In this document: positions 54,023-64,000 of the stretch, in pieces
Position numbering within the stretch: the first letter of the stretch is position 1
Layout of the letters: the number at the start of each line of letters is the position of its first letter
Assembly: GCA_051647685.1 (NCBI GenBank)
Contig: JBOFEG010000028.1
Coordinates: forward strand, 1,449-65,448
Direction: 5' to 3'
Origin: Chlamydiales bacterium
Lineage (GTDB): Bacteria; Chlamydiota; Chlamydiia; Chlamydiales; CALTSX01
Length of the DNA: 64,000 nt
Notes under the pieces: model-generated
Database searches by the model: none
Told to the model about the DNA's origin: nothing
The model's input: only the letters and a program-made list of their open reading frames with translations
Made by a program: the position numbers and the translations under genes

Positions 54023-56733
54023 GTAGGCGTTTTCGGTATCCTATAGATTGCGGATACGATTAATGGTTCTTTTCCATGAACGTTAATAGAAAAACCTGTT
54101 TTTTTACATAAATCAATCAGATCTTGATTTTCTTCAATGATTAATAGAGTAAGCTCTGGATAATTGCGATCGGAGGCAACTTTTTTGAGTAGCGATAATA
54201 ATTTATTTTCAACGCCAAGTTTGCGGTACGCATTACTTACAGCTATTCTGCAACTTCCATCGTTTTCTAATTTTGCAAGCCCAATGATTTTCCCAGTTGA
54301 GATCTCTGCAAGTAAAGCAATCCTATCCTCATAGTCCTCGTTGCAGAGGGAGAGAAGTCGCTCTTGTTGCAGGCTATCTTTCAAAGCATAGGCTTCATAA
54401 CCATTATCGCCAGCGAGTTTCTTATGAAAGTCTTGGAGAGCTGAATAATCCGTGCTGCGAATCGGTCTAATGGTTACAGAAGTGCTATTGTCCAGTTTAT
54501 TATGCGATACCCATTCTTGTGGATAGGGCATAATTACAGGTTTGGGCAAATCTGTAGTTTCTGGATCGCAAAGTACAATGCGTCCATCGAGAGCAATGAT
54601 TTCGTCAGAACTTGCAAGTAGTGGATTGATATCACATTCTATGATTTCAGGATTATCTATAATCAAACGAGAAAATCGAACTAGTATTGTTTCTAAATCG
54701 CGTAAGGAAACCGGAGCCTCGCCACGTACACCTTGCAAAATTTGGTAAATCTTAGTTTGCATCATGAGTTGTTTAGCAAGAGATCGGTTTAATGGAGGCA
54801 GAGCAAGGGCTTTATCTTTATATACCTCTACATATTTCCCTCCAGATCCAAATAAAAGGACAGGACCAAATTGTGGATCGACAATACTCCCCAAAATAAT
54901 TTCGTGACCTTTTGTAGTAATCATTCTTTGTACAGTCACTCCTTCAAAGTGATTTTTTCCTTTGAGCTTCGATACGGACTGCAAAATTTCTCGGTAAGCC
55001 ACGCGTACCGCATCGGGTGTCGTCAAGGATAGTTTTACGCCTCCAACATCGGATTTATGGGTAATTGTAGTGGAGTGTAATTTAACAACGACTGGAAATC
55101 CAAGCTTTTCAGCCATGAAAGCGGCTTCCTCTTCTGTTTTTGCATGAATGGTTTGTACTGTCGGAATACCGTAGGCTTGTAGAATTTTCTTAGACTTCTC
55201 TTCGGTTACTAAAGATCGATTTTCCGTCCGAATAGATGCTATGGTTTTTCGGACAATGGCCCGCGCTTTTGTAAAATCTTCTTCATCTTCTATTATCGCT
55301 TGGAGTGAGAGATCTTGAATATTTTTTTTATACTTCCACATCGTTGCAAACACCTTAGCAGCGCTATCTGGATAGGGAAATGTCGGAATTCCCATTTGAT
55401 CCAGTAGCTTAGCACCTTCTAGGACATATTCACCACCCATCCAGCTCGCAAGTATTGGTTTTCCGGGAATGTGTTTATGTTTCGTTAAAGCTTTTGCCGT
55501 TCCTATCGGATCGGTCATATCTTGTGGAGAAAGAACTACTAAAATACCATCAATACCGGGATCTTTGGCTACGATATTAATTGTCTTTTCATATCGATCC
55601 GCACCAGCATCTCCCAAAATATCGACTGGATTGCTCCGACTCCAAGCAGGTGGCAGAAATTCATTGAGTGCGGAGATGGTTTGAGGGGAGAGAGTGGCGA
55701 GATCAGCTCCATAAATACTTGTCGCATCGGTTGCAAGTACGGCGGGACCTCCCGCATTTGTAATTAAGCACAGATTAGGACCTTTAGGTACGGGTTGTTT
55801 TGACAGGGTGAGAATCATATCAAATAATTCGGAAATCGTATCGACTCGAAGCGCTCCACTCCGATGGAGGCATGCATCAAAAATATCGTCGCTCCCTGCC
55901 ATGGCTCCTGTGTGTGAGGCCGCGGCTTTAGCTGCTGCATCTGTTTTTCCAGCTTTGATTACAATCACTGGTTTTTTTCTCGCAATACTTCTAACGCTCG
56001 ATAAAAATTTTTTGGGATTACCAATAGTTTCCATGTAGATAAAAATCGTATCGGTATTGTCATCGCTACCGAGATAAGAAATTAAATCCCCCCAATCTAT
56101 ATCTGCCATAGAACCGATAGAGACAAAGGCACTAAAGCCAATTTTTGCCTGCAGACTCCAGTCTAGTACTGCAGTACACATTGCGCCTGACTGACTTAAA
56201 AAAGCTATTTTTCCTGGAAGCGCCATCGTCGCAGCAAAAGTTGCATTTAAATGGACATGAGGATTCATCACTCCCAAACAGTTAGGACCGATAATTCTAA
56301 GTCCACTTTTTCTCGCTTCTTCTAAAATTTGTTGTTCGAGAAGTAGGCCGTCTTTTCCAAGCTCCTTAAACCCGGCTGAAATAATAATAGCAGAGGGAAT
56401 ACCGAGTCTCACGCACTCTTCTATGATTGCAAGCACTCCTCGTGCGGGAATTACGATGACCACTAAATCAACTCTCATTGGGATAGCAGATAGATTTGGA
56501 TAACAATCCGCATTCAATATGCTGGTTCGTTTTGGATTCACTGGAAAAATTTCTCCAGAAAACTTTGATAGCAATAGATTCCTGAGCAATGTGTTTCCAA
56601 CACTTTCCTCTTTATCAGTTGCACCTACTATGGCAATAGAATTTGGATAAAAAATGGAATGCAGGCTTGGTGTATGGATATTGAGATAATCTTGTGATGG
56701 GTCGATGATAGACACCGGTTTTTTAATAGTCAT
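54019..56733 (-). CDS. Pat-type protein acetyltransferase (NDP-forming acyl-CoA synthetase domains fused to GNAT)
   Basis: 904 aa with a CoA-binding N-terminus ([15 protein letters not shown]), a succinyl-CoA-synthetase-like flavodoxin domain, an ATP-grasp region and a C-terminal GNAT-like domain. Confidence 0.8.
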   Translation of the reverse strand: MTIKKPVSIIDPSQDYLNIHTPSLHSIFYPNSIAIVGATDKEESVGNTLLRNLLLSKFSGEIFPVNPKRTSILNADCYPNLSAIPMRVDLVVIVIPARGVLAIIEECVRLGIPSAIIISAGFKELGKDGLLLEQQILEEARKSGLRIIGPNCLGVMNPHVHLNATFAATMALPGKIAFLSQSGAMCTAVLDWSLQAKIGFSAFVSIGSMADIDWGDLISYLGSDDNTDTIFIYMETIGNPKKFLSSVRSIARKKPVIVIKAGKTDAAAKAAASHTGAMAGSDDIFDACLHRSGALRVDTISELFDMILTLSKQPVPKGPNLCLITNAGGPAVLATDATSIYGADLATLSPQTISALNEFLPPAWSRSNPVDILGDAGADRYEKTINIVAKDPGIDGILVVLSPQDMTDPIGTAKALTKHKHIPGKPILASWMGGEYVLEGAKLLDQMGIPTFPYPDSAAKVFATMWKYKKNIQDLSLQAIIEDEEDFTKARAIVRKTIASIRTENRSLVTEEKSKKILQAYGIPTVQTIHAKTEEEAAFMAEKLGFPVVVKLHSTTITHKSDVGGVKLSLTTPDAVRVAYREILQSVSKLKGKNHFEGVTVQRMITTKGHEIILGSIVDPQFGPVLLFGSGGKYVEVYKDKALALPPLNRSLAKQLMMQTKIYQILQGVRGEAPVSLRDLETILVRFSRLIIDNPEIIECDINPLLASSDEIIALDGRIVLCDPETTDLPKPVIMPYPQEWVSHNKLDNSTSVTIRPIRSTDYSALQDFHKKLAGDNGYEAYALKDSLQQERLLSLCNEDYEDRIALLAEISTGKIIGLAKLENDGSCRIAVSNAYRKLGVENKLLSLLKKVASDRNYPELTLLIIEENQDLIDLCKKTGFSINVHGKEPLIVSAIYRIPKTPT

Positions 56734-56735
56734 AG

Positions 56736-59564
56736 TTATAATTCCTGCAATTTTTTTTCGAGCATTGCTAGTGTATTTTTCAGTTCTTCTATTTTTTTGT
56801 CCATATTTTGTGTGATGTGCGCCGGAGCTTTTTGTAAAAATTCACTGTTGGCCATTTGCGAAGTGAGAGTATCTAACTGTTTTTGATGCTGCAGTTTTTG
56901 TTTAGAGAGTCGCTCGAGTTCTCGGTTTTTACACTCCTCTGGCAAAGGAATACAAATAGTAATACCATCTATTAGATCCACCGATGACAAGATTGGCATT
57001 TCCATATGAGTCGTATAATGAATATCCAAAATGGCGACCAGTGCGGTAAAGTAATGGCTATTTTTTTGAAGAAATGCAAGAGCAGATTCATTTTTTGAGA
57101 TAAAGAAGACTCGACAGGGCATACGTAGGGGAATCGATAGGGAGCCCCGAATATTGCGAATGCGATAGGTAATTTCTTTCAATTTCAAAAAATCGGATTC
57201 TACATCGGATTGAATATCTTCCTTTCTATATACGGCAGGGTAAGGCGCTATAACACAACTTCCTGTTTGTATGCTATGAATCGCATCCTTGCAATAAGGA
57301 TCAGTTACATCATGAGAAGGAATAAGATCATCGACAAATCGCTCGCGTAGCAGAGAAAAAATTTCTTCCGAAACAAAAGGAGTGATAGGATGCAGTAGGC
57401 GAATACTGGCCAGGAGAACAAGGAATAAAATCTTTTGTTTATTCACGTATTTTGCATGAGCAATCTCGCGATGGGCAAGGGAGGGTTTACTGAGTTCTAA
57501 ATAATACGAACAGAACTCGTCCCAGAAGAAAGTATACATCAAAGTGGCTGCTTTATCAAAAACGCAATTTGTGAGTGATTCATTCATCGATTCAATAGTC
57601 CGATTGAGAGAAGAGAGTATCCATCGATCCTCAATTGAGAAAATTTCTCTATGCAGTCCGGATTTCAGAGAAGAGAGAGAGAATTCTTTAAGGTGCATGA
57701 GAATAAACCTGGATCCATTCCAAATCTTATTGATAAAATGTTTACTCTCTTCAAATCGACGTCGATCTAAATCGATTTGCTGTGCATGGGTGGTCAATGA
57801 GCAGAGAGTGAAGCGCATAGCATCTGCACCATACGTCTCAATAATTTCAATAGGATCAATTCCATTTCCCTTCGATTTAGACATCTTTTCCCATCTATAA
57901 TGCACATCCTCGGGAACTGGCTTGCCAAGCTCATAACTCTCCCTTTCTTCTGGGGAAACATAGGCTATCTCTCCTCGGTTTTCGCGCCAATAAGACTTGC
58001 CATAAATAAGACCGTGGATAAAACAAGTTTTAAAGGGAAATTGATGCATGACAAAATCCCCCATAAAAATCATTCGAGAGACCCAAAAGAATAAAATGTC
58101 GTGCCCCGTAATCATCATAGAATTTGGGTAAAACTTTTGAAGGTCTTTTGTTTCCTCAGGCCAACCCAAAGTACTAAATGGCCACAATGCAGAGGAAAAC
58201 CAAGTATCTAATACATCGGTGTCTTGTACCCACTCTTCCGGATTTTCTAGCACTTCGCTAGGCAGACCCTCTTTAGCATAGCAAATCATTTGATTTGGAT
58301 TGTCGCGGTTGTACCAAATAGGAATTTGATGGCCCCACCACAGTTGTCTAGAAATACACCAATCTCGCAAATTATTGATCCAATGATAATAGGTTTGTTT
58401 CCAATGATTGGGAATTATTTCCACCTCTCCACTCTCAACGGCGTGGATCAAGTGCTTTTTAAAAGGAGTCATTTTTATAAACCACTGTTTAGAGAGATAG
58501 GGTTCAATAACAGCTCTAGATCGATACGAATATCCCACTCGATGTTTATGAGGAATGATTTTCTCAATTGCGCCCAATTCCCGCAGTCGTTTGACGAGAG
58601 CCTCTCGTGCCTCTCCCATTGTCAAACCATTAAACTCCTCCACCTCGCATCGGATTTTTCCATCTGGAGTCATGATCGTAATCAGCGGGAGATTGTGGCG
58701 GAGTCCAATTTCCCAATCATTTTGATCGTGAGCTGGCGTAATTTTAACTGCGCCACTTCCAAAGCCTGGATTAATTGCAGAATCAGCAATCACCGGAACT
58801 CGCCGTCCAGATATCGGTATCGTTACTTCTCTTCCAATCAGTTTAGAAAAACGCTTATCACTCGGCGATACAGCGACCGCCGTGTCGCCAAGTAACGTTT
58901 CGGGTCTCGTCGTTGCAACCACAATAGATTGTTCTTCGCCAACCAGCGCATAGCGTAAAAACCAAAGGCAGGAGTCAACCTCTTCATATTCTACCTCATC
59001 GTCAGCGAGTGCAGTCTGTGTTTTAGGATCCCAATTCACGAGATAATCTCCCCGATAAATCAAACCCTCGTCGAATAGTTTTTTAAAAACCTCTCGAACA
59101 GCCAGAGTGGAGCCTTTATCCATTGTAAATCGAATTCTAGACCAATCAAGAGAACAGCCCACTTGTTTTAGTTGATTGACAATTCTCGCAGCATAGGTAT
59201 CTTTCCAATAATAAATTTGCTGGATGAATTCCTCTCTCGTATAATCTTTTCGGCGTTTGCCATATTGTGCAAATAAATACCTCTCTACGACCGCTTGCGT
59301 AGAAATACCAGCATGATCGAGGCCGGGGAGCCATAGAGTTTCATAACCCTGCATTCGTTTCCACCGAACTATAATATCTTGCAGAGTAGTCACGAGGGCA
59401 TGGCCCATGTGGAGAGCACCCGTGATATTGGGTGGTGGTAGTACAATAGAGAAAGCGGGTTTTTTAGAATTTGCTTCCGCTGTAAATAGTCGGTTGCTTT
59501 CCCAGTAAGCATACCATTTTTTTTCGGAAGCTTGAGGCGTATAGCTTTTATCTATTTCGTCCAT
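56736..59564 (-). CDS. valS: valine--tRNA ligase
   Basis: [23 protein letters not shown] and a C-terminal coiled coil. Confidence 0.95.
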   Translation of the reverse strand: MDEIDKSYTPQASEKKWYAYWESNRLFTAEANSKKPAFSIVLPPPNITGALHMGHALVTTLQDIIVRWKRMQGYETLWLPGLDHAGISTQAVVERYLFAQYGKRRKDYTREEFIQQIYYWKDTYAARIVNQLKQVGCSLDWSRIRFTMDKGSTLAVREVFKKLFDEGLIYRGDYLVNWDPKTQTALADDEVEYEEVDSCLWFLRYALVGEEQSIVVATTRPETLLGDTAVAVSPSDKRFSKLIGREVTIPISGRRVPVIADSAINPGFGSGAVKITPAHDQNDWEIGLRHNLPLITIMTPDGKIRCEVEEFNGLTMGEAREALVKRLRELGAIEKIIPHKHRVGYSYRSRAVIEPYLSKQWFIKMTPFKKHLIHAVESGEVEIIPNHWKQTYYHWINNLRDWCISRQLWWGHQIPIWYNRDNPNQMICYAKEGLPSEVLENPEEWVQDTDVLDTWFSSALWPFSTLGWPEETKDLQKFYPNSMMITGHDILFFWVSRMIFMGDFVMHQFPFKTCFIHGLIYGKSYWRENRGEIAYVSPEERESYELGKPVPEDVHYRWEKMSKSKGNGIDPIEIIETYGADAMRFTLCSLTTHAQQIDLDRRRFEESKHFINKIWNGSRFILMHLKEFSLSSLKSGLHREIFSIEDRWILSSLNRTIESMNESLTNCVFDKAATLMYTFFWDEFCSYYLELSKPSLAHREIAHAKYVNKQKILFLVLLASIRLLHPITPFVSEEIFSLLRERFVDDLIPSHDVTDPYCKDAIHSIQTGSCVIAPYPAVYRKEDIQSDVESDFLKLKEITYRIRNIRGSLSIPLRMPCRVFFISKNESALAFLQKNSHYFTALVAILDIHYTTHMEMPILSSVDLIDGITICIPLPEECKNRELERLSKQKLQHQKQLDTLTSQMANSEFLQKAPAHITQNMDKKIEELKNTLAMLEKKLQEL

Positions 59565-59602
59565 AGTTAATTATACTTAAATTAAGTAGAAAATAGGAGT
59601 TA

Positions 59603-62425
59603 TTATCCTATTTTTTGGTGTTTCCATAAAGTTTTTATTTTTTTCTCAAAATAGAGCGCTTTAATAGTATCATTTTGTATAGAGTACACTAAACTTAATT
59701 GTTTCAATAAACAGAGGTTTTCCCAAAGGAAGGAGCTTTGCTTCCATTTGAGTTTATTTTGCAATTTATCTTTATTATATAATTTATTGCATATGCAATA
59801 CGCGAGAAGCTCATAGGTGTAAGGAAATGCTACGTCGGGTAGGATGTCGAATTGAATAAATGCAATCGCTTGACCCTCTCGAACCCATAGATAAAGTCCA
59901 TATAATAGAAAGAGTATAGATTTCGGTTGTGTTAAATATTCTATAGAATATTTGTCAAAGATTTCGCCAGCCCGAGTTAGATTTTGCAAAAGTAGGTGAG
60001 CCCATATTTGCATAGCATGATAGGTAAGTTTTAAATTCTTTGGTAAATCAACCTCATATATTTGATCGAGCATATTCAAAATGGAAGAAGCATTATTCTT
60101 ATTGAGTCGTTGATATATAGATGATAGAAGAAGTCGGATGACAAAAAAAGATGGGCGGGGTGATAACTGAAAATCAAAGTCTATCGAGTTTGTTGCCAAT
60201 CTGCATGCGATGCTGTATTCTTCTTTTTCTAAGTACTTTTCCTCTTGCTTGAGTAGATTTAATGCGAGCGGATAATAGTGCAGAGCAATTAAACAAACAA
60301 TGATATTGCGACTAAGTATATTTCTCTCATCTAGCTCTGACAGATGTTTATCATAAATCTCTAATAAGAGCAGGGGCGAATTTAACCAAAAACAAAGCTC
60401 TATTGCGAGATGTAGATACTCCGCTTTAGATGATGAAAATGCATCTGGTTTTTCCATGCAGCTCAACGGTTCTCTATTGCGTTTTACCTGAATGAGAAGA
60501 TTTTTCGTTTCATGTAATTGAAAAATATTGGGAAGAAGCCGAAGAGCAAGCAGCAAAAAGTAGTAAGCAGCTTTTCTATTTCGACTGGCTGTTTCATGCA
60601 ATCGGAAAATAACGTGTTCCTCTAGAATATGCTCGAGCGGATGAGTTGGATATTTTCTAAAGGCAAGCTCCAAACATTTCACTTCTTCTTCTAATTCCCC
60701 AAGTTCCTGATAGACCAGTGATTTCCCCAAATATTCTAAAGGAGCGCTGGGAGATCCGCGCAGTTTTTCAAATTCCTCTATAGCTTGGTATAAGAGGTTA
60801 TGTCTGGCAGAGGGTTTTTTTGATAGTTTCGATTTCTCGAGTAGAGTAATACCTGCTCGAAATACGGCTTCTCTCCCTTCCATTCTCCCGTGAAAAGAAA
60901 GTGCTATCCTCCTGTATTCAACCAAAGCTTTATTAAAATCTTTAATAGAGAGAAAAGCGTCCGGAATAGAGAGGCAGTTTACCATCGCATATTGGCTGCC
61001 TTCATAAACACAAAAATTTCTAATCGTGAAAAAGGTATCTTTATATAACAAACCAATGTGCGCGCCCGTAAATGGCAAATAACTTCCGTAGTGCAATACT
61101 AAGTGATGATCGATATACAAACGAATGTGACAATCTATTTTTTCTATGCAAATCTGATAACTTTTATCAGACAGTAGACATAAATTGTCTCGGCTTAAAA
61201 TTTCTACGCTACTGCGAAATAATTTGATAGAGGGATTGCTCTCGGACCCAAGCCAGAAACCAAAGCCATCGCAGATTCCTTTTCTCTCCTTGAAAATAGG
61301 AATGTTTAACAAAATTGCGAGTCCTGCTGAGTTTCGAGATAGGCTTACTTCCAAAACGATTTTGCAGTTTCCCGAAAATTGATTTTTGGTAATCGCAAGG
61401 AGCGACCATTCCGTAGTCTGGAGCTCTCTCGTGATCGATGTGTATTGAGAAAAGAGAACATGTTCTTGCATTGCCCAATCTTCTTTGGCATCGAGAGAAA
61501 GAGATTGGATCAGAGTCCAATTGGGCGTGCCTTCTACATAATGCTCTAAATCGGCAATCAATGATTTGACATTGTTATATCGATCATTTTTATCAAAGGT
61601 GAGACATTTTTTTGCGATTTCAGATAGGGGGTATGGAATATCTCGATAAGGCGCCTTTTCACTCGGTTCTATTAATTCTTCATATTCCATCATTTCGCGA
61701 AAGGAATCTACGTTCTCTCTTTGGAAAGGAAGTTCTAAAGTGAGCAGAGCGTAGAGAATCACTCCCAATGCGTAAATATCGCTGCTCTCATTCGCTCGCA
61801 TGTGATGCGCGCGCTCTGGCGCTAGATAATTGAGCGTTCCAAGTACTTTTCCCGCTTGTGTAGTTAACGGATCATTTTCATTGGTAATAAAATCATGCGT
61901 TGGAGAAGTATCTTTATAAGTTGCAATTCCCCAATCAATGATTAAAACCTCACCAAATTTACCTATTATAATATTTTCTAGTTTGATATCTCGGTGAATG
62001 ATTTTTTTAGAATGGGCATAAAAAACAGCCTGGCATACGTTAATAAAAATCCGGAGCAAATAGGGGATAGAAGTATCTATATGATAAGATAGAGCATTTT
62101 TTGTCTCTTCTATCTTCGCTTTATGGATGATTTGTTTTAAAGTAAGCCCTTCAATGAAGGGCATAGTATAATATAAATTATTTTCTTCTTGGTAAATTGA
62201 ATAGATTGGAATAATGGATGGATGGGTCAGTTTACCAGAGATGATGGCTTCTTGCAGAAATCTTTGGCAGGCTTTTTTGGATGAAAACAGATTAGGCTTG
62301 ATACGTTTCAGAGCGATACGGCGATCCATTTTGGGATCATAGGCCAAAAACACCTCTCCCATCCCGCCTCTTCCAATCAACTTTTCAATCTGAAAATGCC
62401 CTATATTTTCCATTCTATATCGCAT
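59603..62425 (-). CDS. pknD: Ser/Thr protein kinase PknD-type with a long C-terminal domain
   Basis: IGRGGMGEVFLAYD, ALKRI, HRDIKLENIII and DWG. It lies immediately upstream of valS, as in Chlamydia. The start is ATG 62425 or 62413; the track start at 62473 is unlikely. Confidence 0.85.
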   Translation of the reverse strand: MRYRMENIGHFQIEKLIGRGGMGEVFLAYDPKMDRRIALKRIKPNLFSSKKACQRFLQEAIISGKLTHPSIIPIYSIYQEENNLYYTMPFIEGLTLKQIIHKAKIEETKNALSYHIDTSIPYLLRIFINVCQAVFYAHSKKIIHRDIKLENIIIGKFGEVLIIDWGIATYKDTSPTHDFITNENDPLTTQAGKVLGTLNYLAPERAHHMRANESSDIYALGVILYALLTLELPFQRENVDSFREMMEYEELIEPSEKAPYRDIPYPLSEIAKKCLTFDKNDRYNNVKSLIADLEHYVEGTPNWTLIQSLSLDAKEDWAMQEHVLFSQYTSITRELQTTEWSLLAITKNQFSGNCKIVLEVSLSRNSAGLAILLNIPIFKERKGICDGFGFWLGSESNPSIKLFRSSVEILSRDNLCLLSDKSYQICIEKIDCHIRLYIDHHLVLHYGSYLPFTGAHIGLLYKDTFFTIRNFCVYEGSQYAMVNCLSIPDAFLSIKDFNKALVEYRRIALSFHGRMEGREAVFRAGITLLEKSKLSKKPSARHNLLYQAIEEFEKLRGSPSAPLEYLGKSLVYQELGELEEEVKCLELAFRKYPTHPLEHILEEHVIFRLHETASRNRKAAYYFLLLALRLLPNIFQLHETKNLLIQVKRNREPLSCMEKPDAFSSSKAEYLHLAIELCFWLNSPLLLLEIYDKHLSELDERNILSRNIIVCLIALHYYPLALNLLKQEEKYLEKEEYSIACRLATNSIDFDFQLSPRPSFFVIRLLLSSIYQRLNKNNASSILNMLDQIYEVDLPKNLKLTYHAMQIWAHLLLQNLTRAGEIFDKYSIEYLTQPKSILFLLYGLYLWVREGQAIAFIQFDILPDVAFPYTYELLAYCICNKLYNKDKLQNKLKWKQSSFLWENLCLLKQLSLVYSIQNDTIKALYFEKKIKTLWKHQKIG

Positions 62426-62586
62426 ATGTTTCTTTTCAGAATGGGAAAATAAAACAAAAAAGACAAGGAACAATCTCCTATAGAACTAATTCTATAGTTT
62501 TATTAGGATAATTTATAATTTTTTCTAAATATATTGAATAAATTTCATTGTTTTTAGATATTCACTTTTTAACAAAAGGATCTAAA

Positions 62587-63213
62587 ATGAGAAATTTTTA
62601 TTTGATGGTATCGATATTTTTTGGTTTAGTTAACTTCTGCTATTCAGAGGAAAAGATACATGATCATGGGTACTGGTGTGGAAAAGAGATTATAGATCAA
62701 CATAAATTTGATCTAGACCTTGCCGAAGCTTTGAGTAAATTTTTTATAAGTGAAAAAGCAAAGACAATTGTTGATTTTGGTTGTGGTATTGGAGATTACG
62801 TTAAATATCTTCGTTCTGTTGACCTTGACTGTAAAGGATATGATGGAAATCCTGACACTTATGAACTTACTGGAGGAATAGCAAATATAATTGATCTCAG
62901 TCAGCCTTTTGATCTGGATAGATGTTTTGATTGGGTTCTTTGTCTAGAAGTAGGAGAGCACTTACCTCAATGTTACGAATCTATTTTCATAGAAAATCTA
63001 GATAAACATAATACTCAAGGAATTGTTCTTAGTTGGGCTGTAAAAGGACAGGGTGGGTTTGGTCATTTTAATGAACAAAATAATGATTTTATCAAAAATA
63101 TTATGCTTAATCTTGGATACAGTAACGATGAATTGAGTGAAAAAACATTAAGAGAAAATTCTTCACTTCCTTGGTTCAAAAATACAATCATGGTTTTTCG
63201 GAAAAACAAATAA
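62587..63213 (+). CDS. class I SAM-dependent methyltransferase with a signal peptide or anchor
   Basis: MRNFYLMVSIFFGLVNFCYS, then SAM motif I IVDFGCGIGDY and post-I/II elements. ATG 62587 follows AAAGGA. Confidence 0.65.
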   Translation: MRNFYLMVSIFFGLVNFCYSEEKIHDHGYWCGKEIIDQHKFDLDLAEALSKFFISEKAKTIVDFGCGIGDYVKYLRSVDLDCKGYDGNPDTYELTGGIANIIDLSQPFDLDRCFDWVLCLEVGEHLPQCYESIFIENLDKHNTQGIVLSWAVKGQGGFGHFNEQNNDFIKNIMLNLGYSNDELSEKTLRENSSLPWFKNTIMVFRKNK

Positions 63214-63246
63214 TTCATATAATTTATAAATCAATACGATAATAAA

Positions 63247-64000
63247 AATGAATAAACAATTTATAATACTTATTTTAATTACATTAAAGATTTTTGGATC
63301 TAATTTAAATACATATTTACCTTCAATTTCATTTCAAAACTATAATTCTGGAATTGATTTAGTGGATTGTATTTATGTTATTAACTTAAAAGAAAGAGAA
63401 AAACGATGGGAATACATTTATCAGCATTGTACCCAGTTAGGTCTACGCATTAATAGAGTTGATGCAATTAATGGATGGGAACTAAATAGTCAAGATTTGG
63501 AAAAATGTTTAGAACCATCAAGCTCAATGAAACCCGGAGCCATAGGATGTTTACTAAGCCATATTTCTATTTTGAAAAATGCACAAGAAAATGATTTTAA
63601 TATTATTTGGATTCTTGAAGATGATGCGTGTTTTGTAGAATATCCCTATAAATTACCAGAATTATTACATATTTTGAATAAATATGACCCAGATTGGGAT
63701 TTATTTTATACCGACTTCAAGAATGTTGGAAATGTTAATGGTTTTCATACGTTTTTAATTGAGGAACCAAACGATTATGTAAATGAAGAGATTTTACGTA
63801 TAAGAAATAGATATCATACCACTTCAATTTGTGTTTCAAAAAAAGGAATAAAAAAAATACTGGAATATTTCCTTAATAGATTAATTTATGCTCCTATTGA
63901 TGTTTCAATACATCATGTTCCGACAATTAGAGAGTATTGTTCAAAATCAAATATAGTAACAAATTCTGAGAATTCAGAATCTGATACTGAAACTTCAACT
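63247..64000 (+). CDS. glycosyltransferase family 25 protein, 5' part (runs off the window)
   Basis: Not in the track because it is edge-truncated. MNKQFIILILITLKIF anchor, then CIYVINLKEREKRW..., RVDAINGWEL, GAIGCLLSHISIL and IIWILEDDA. These are the GT25 hallmarks. Confidence 0.7.

Noticed and set aside
1-64000. Search for tRNA, rRNA, tmRNA, IS elements, integrases and CRISPR arrays.
   Set aside because: None was recognised by eye in the intergenic spaces. All spacers are short or AT-rich and lack cloverleaf-like GC-rich stems. A tRNAscan or Infernal run is still needed to be certain.

Overview
This 64-kb window is from a Chlamydiota chromosome, probably an environmental, amoeba-associated lineage. 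I cannot name the species without a database search. Three gene pairs or triplets keep classic Chlamydia order: pyrG-yqgF-zwf, rnhC-rodZ and pknD-valS. Chlamydial hallmarks are present: a Pkn1 kinase-FGE fusion, PknD, a SycD/LcrH-type T3SS chaperone, Aas and plant-type FabI. Genes typical of the larger environmental genomes are also present: sucA-sucB-lpdA, photolyase, a eukaryote-like USP deubiquitinase and an LRR protein. The housekeeping blocks are interrupted by accessory patches.
(1) 6.9-8.8 kb: a Gly/Ala-rich glycine-zipper ORF plus small 2-TM immunity-like genes. Part of this sits in a 1.1-kb cassette bracketed by a duplicated 3' end of yqgE.
(2) 11.9-14.2 kb: a compact T3SS chaperone and hydrophobic-cargo module with a gene remnant.
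(3) 18.2-21.9 kb: a tightly coupled operon of HAD phosphatase, Nudix::FolB fusion, SDR and an unknown gene.
(4) 25.8-29.7 kb: a signal-peptide TIR protein, a HigB/HigA-type TA pair and a membrane-anchored KAP P-loop NTPase. The KAP gene is very AT-rich.
(5) 36.9-42.1 kb: a USP deubiquitinase, a possible terminator-bounded sRNA, a secreted glutaredoxin, and an extreme Arg/Ser/Thr-rich tandem-repeat protein with a eukaryotic lipidation-like N-terminus.
(6) 53.1 kb: an LRR protein.
(7) 62.5-64 kb: a methyltransferase plus a GT25 glycosyltransferase.
I recognised no rRNA, tRNA, CRISPR array, transposase or integrase. The ORF track omits the two edge-truncated genes (zwf at 1-999, GT25 at 63247-64000). 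It also omits one internal 107-codon ORF (6972-7295), which I verified codon by codon. All family calls rest on motifs read by eye. No HMM or BLAST search was run.
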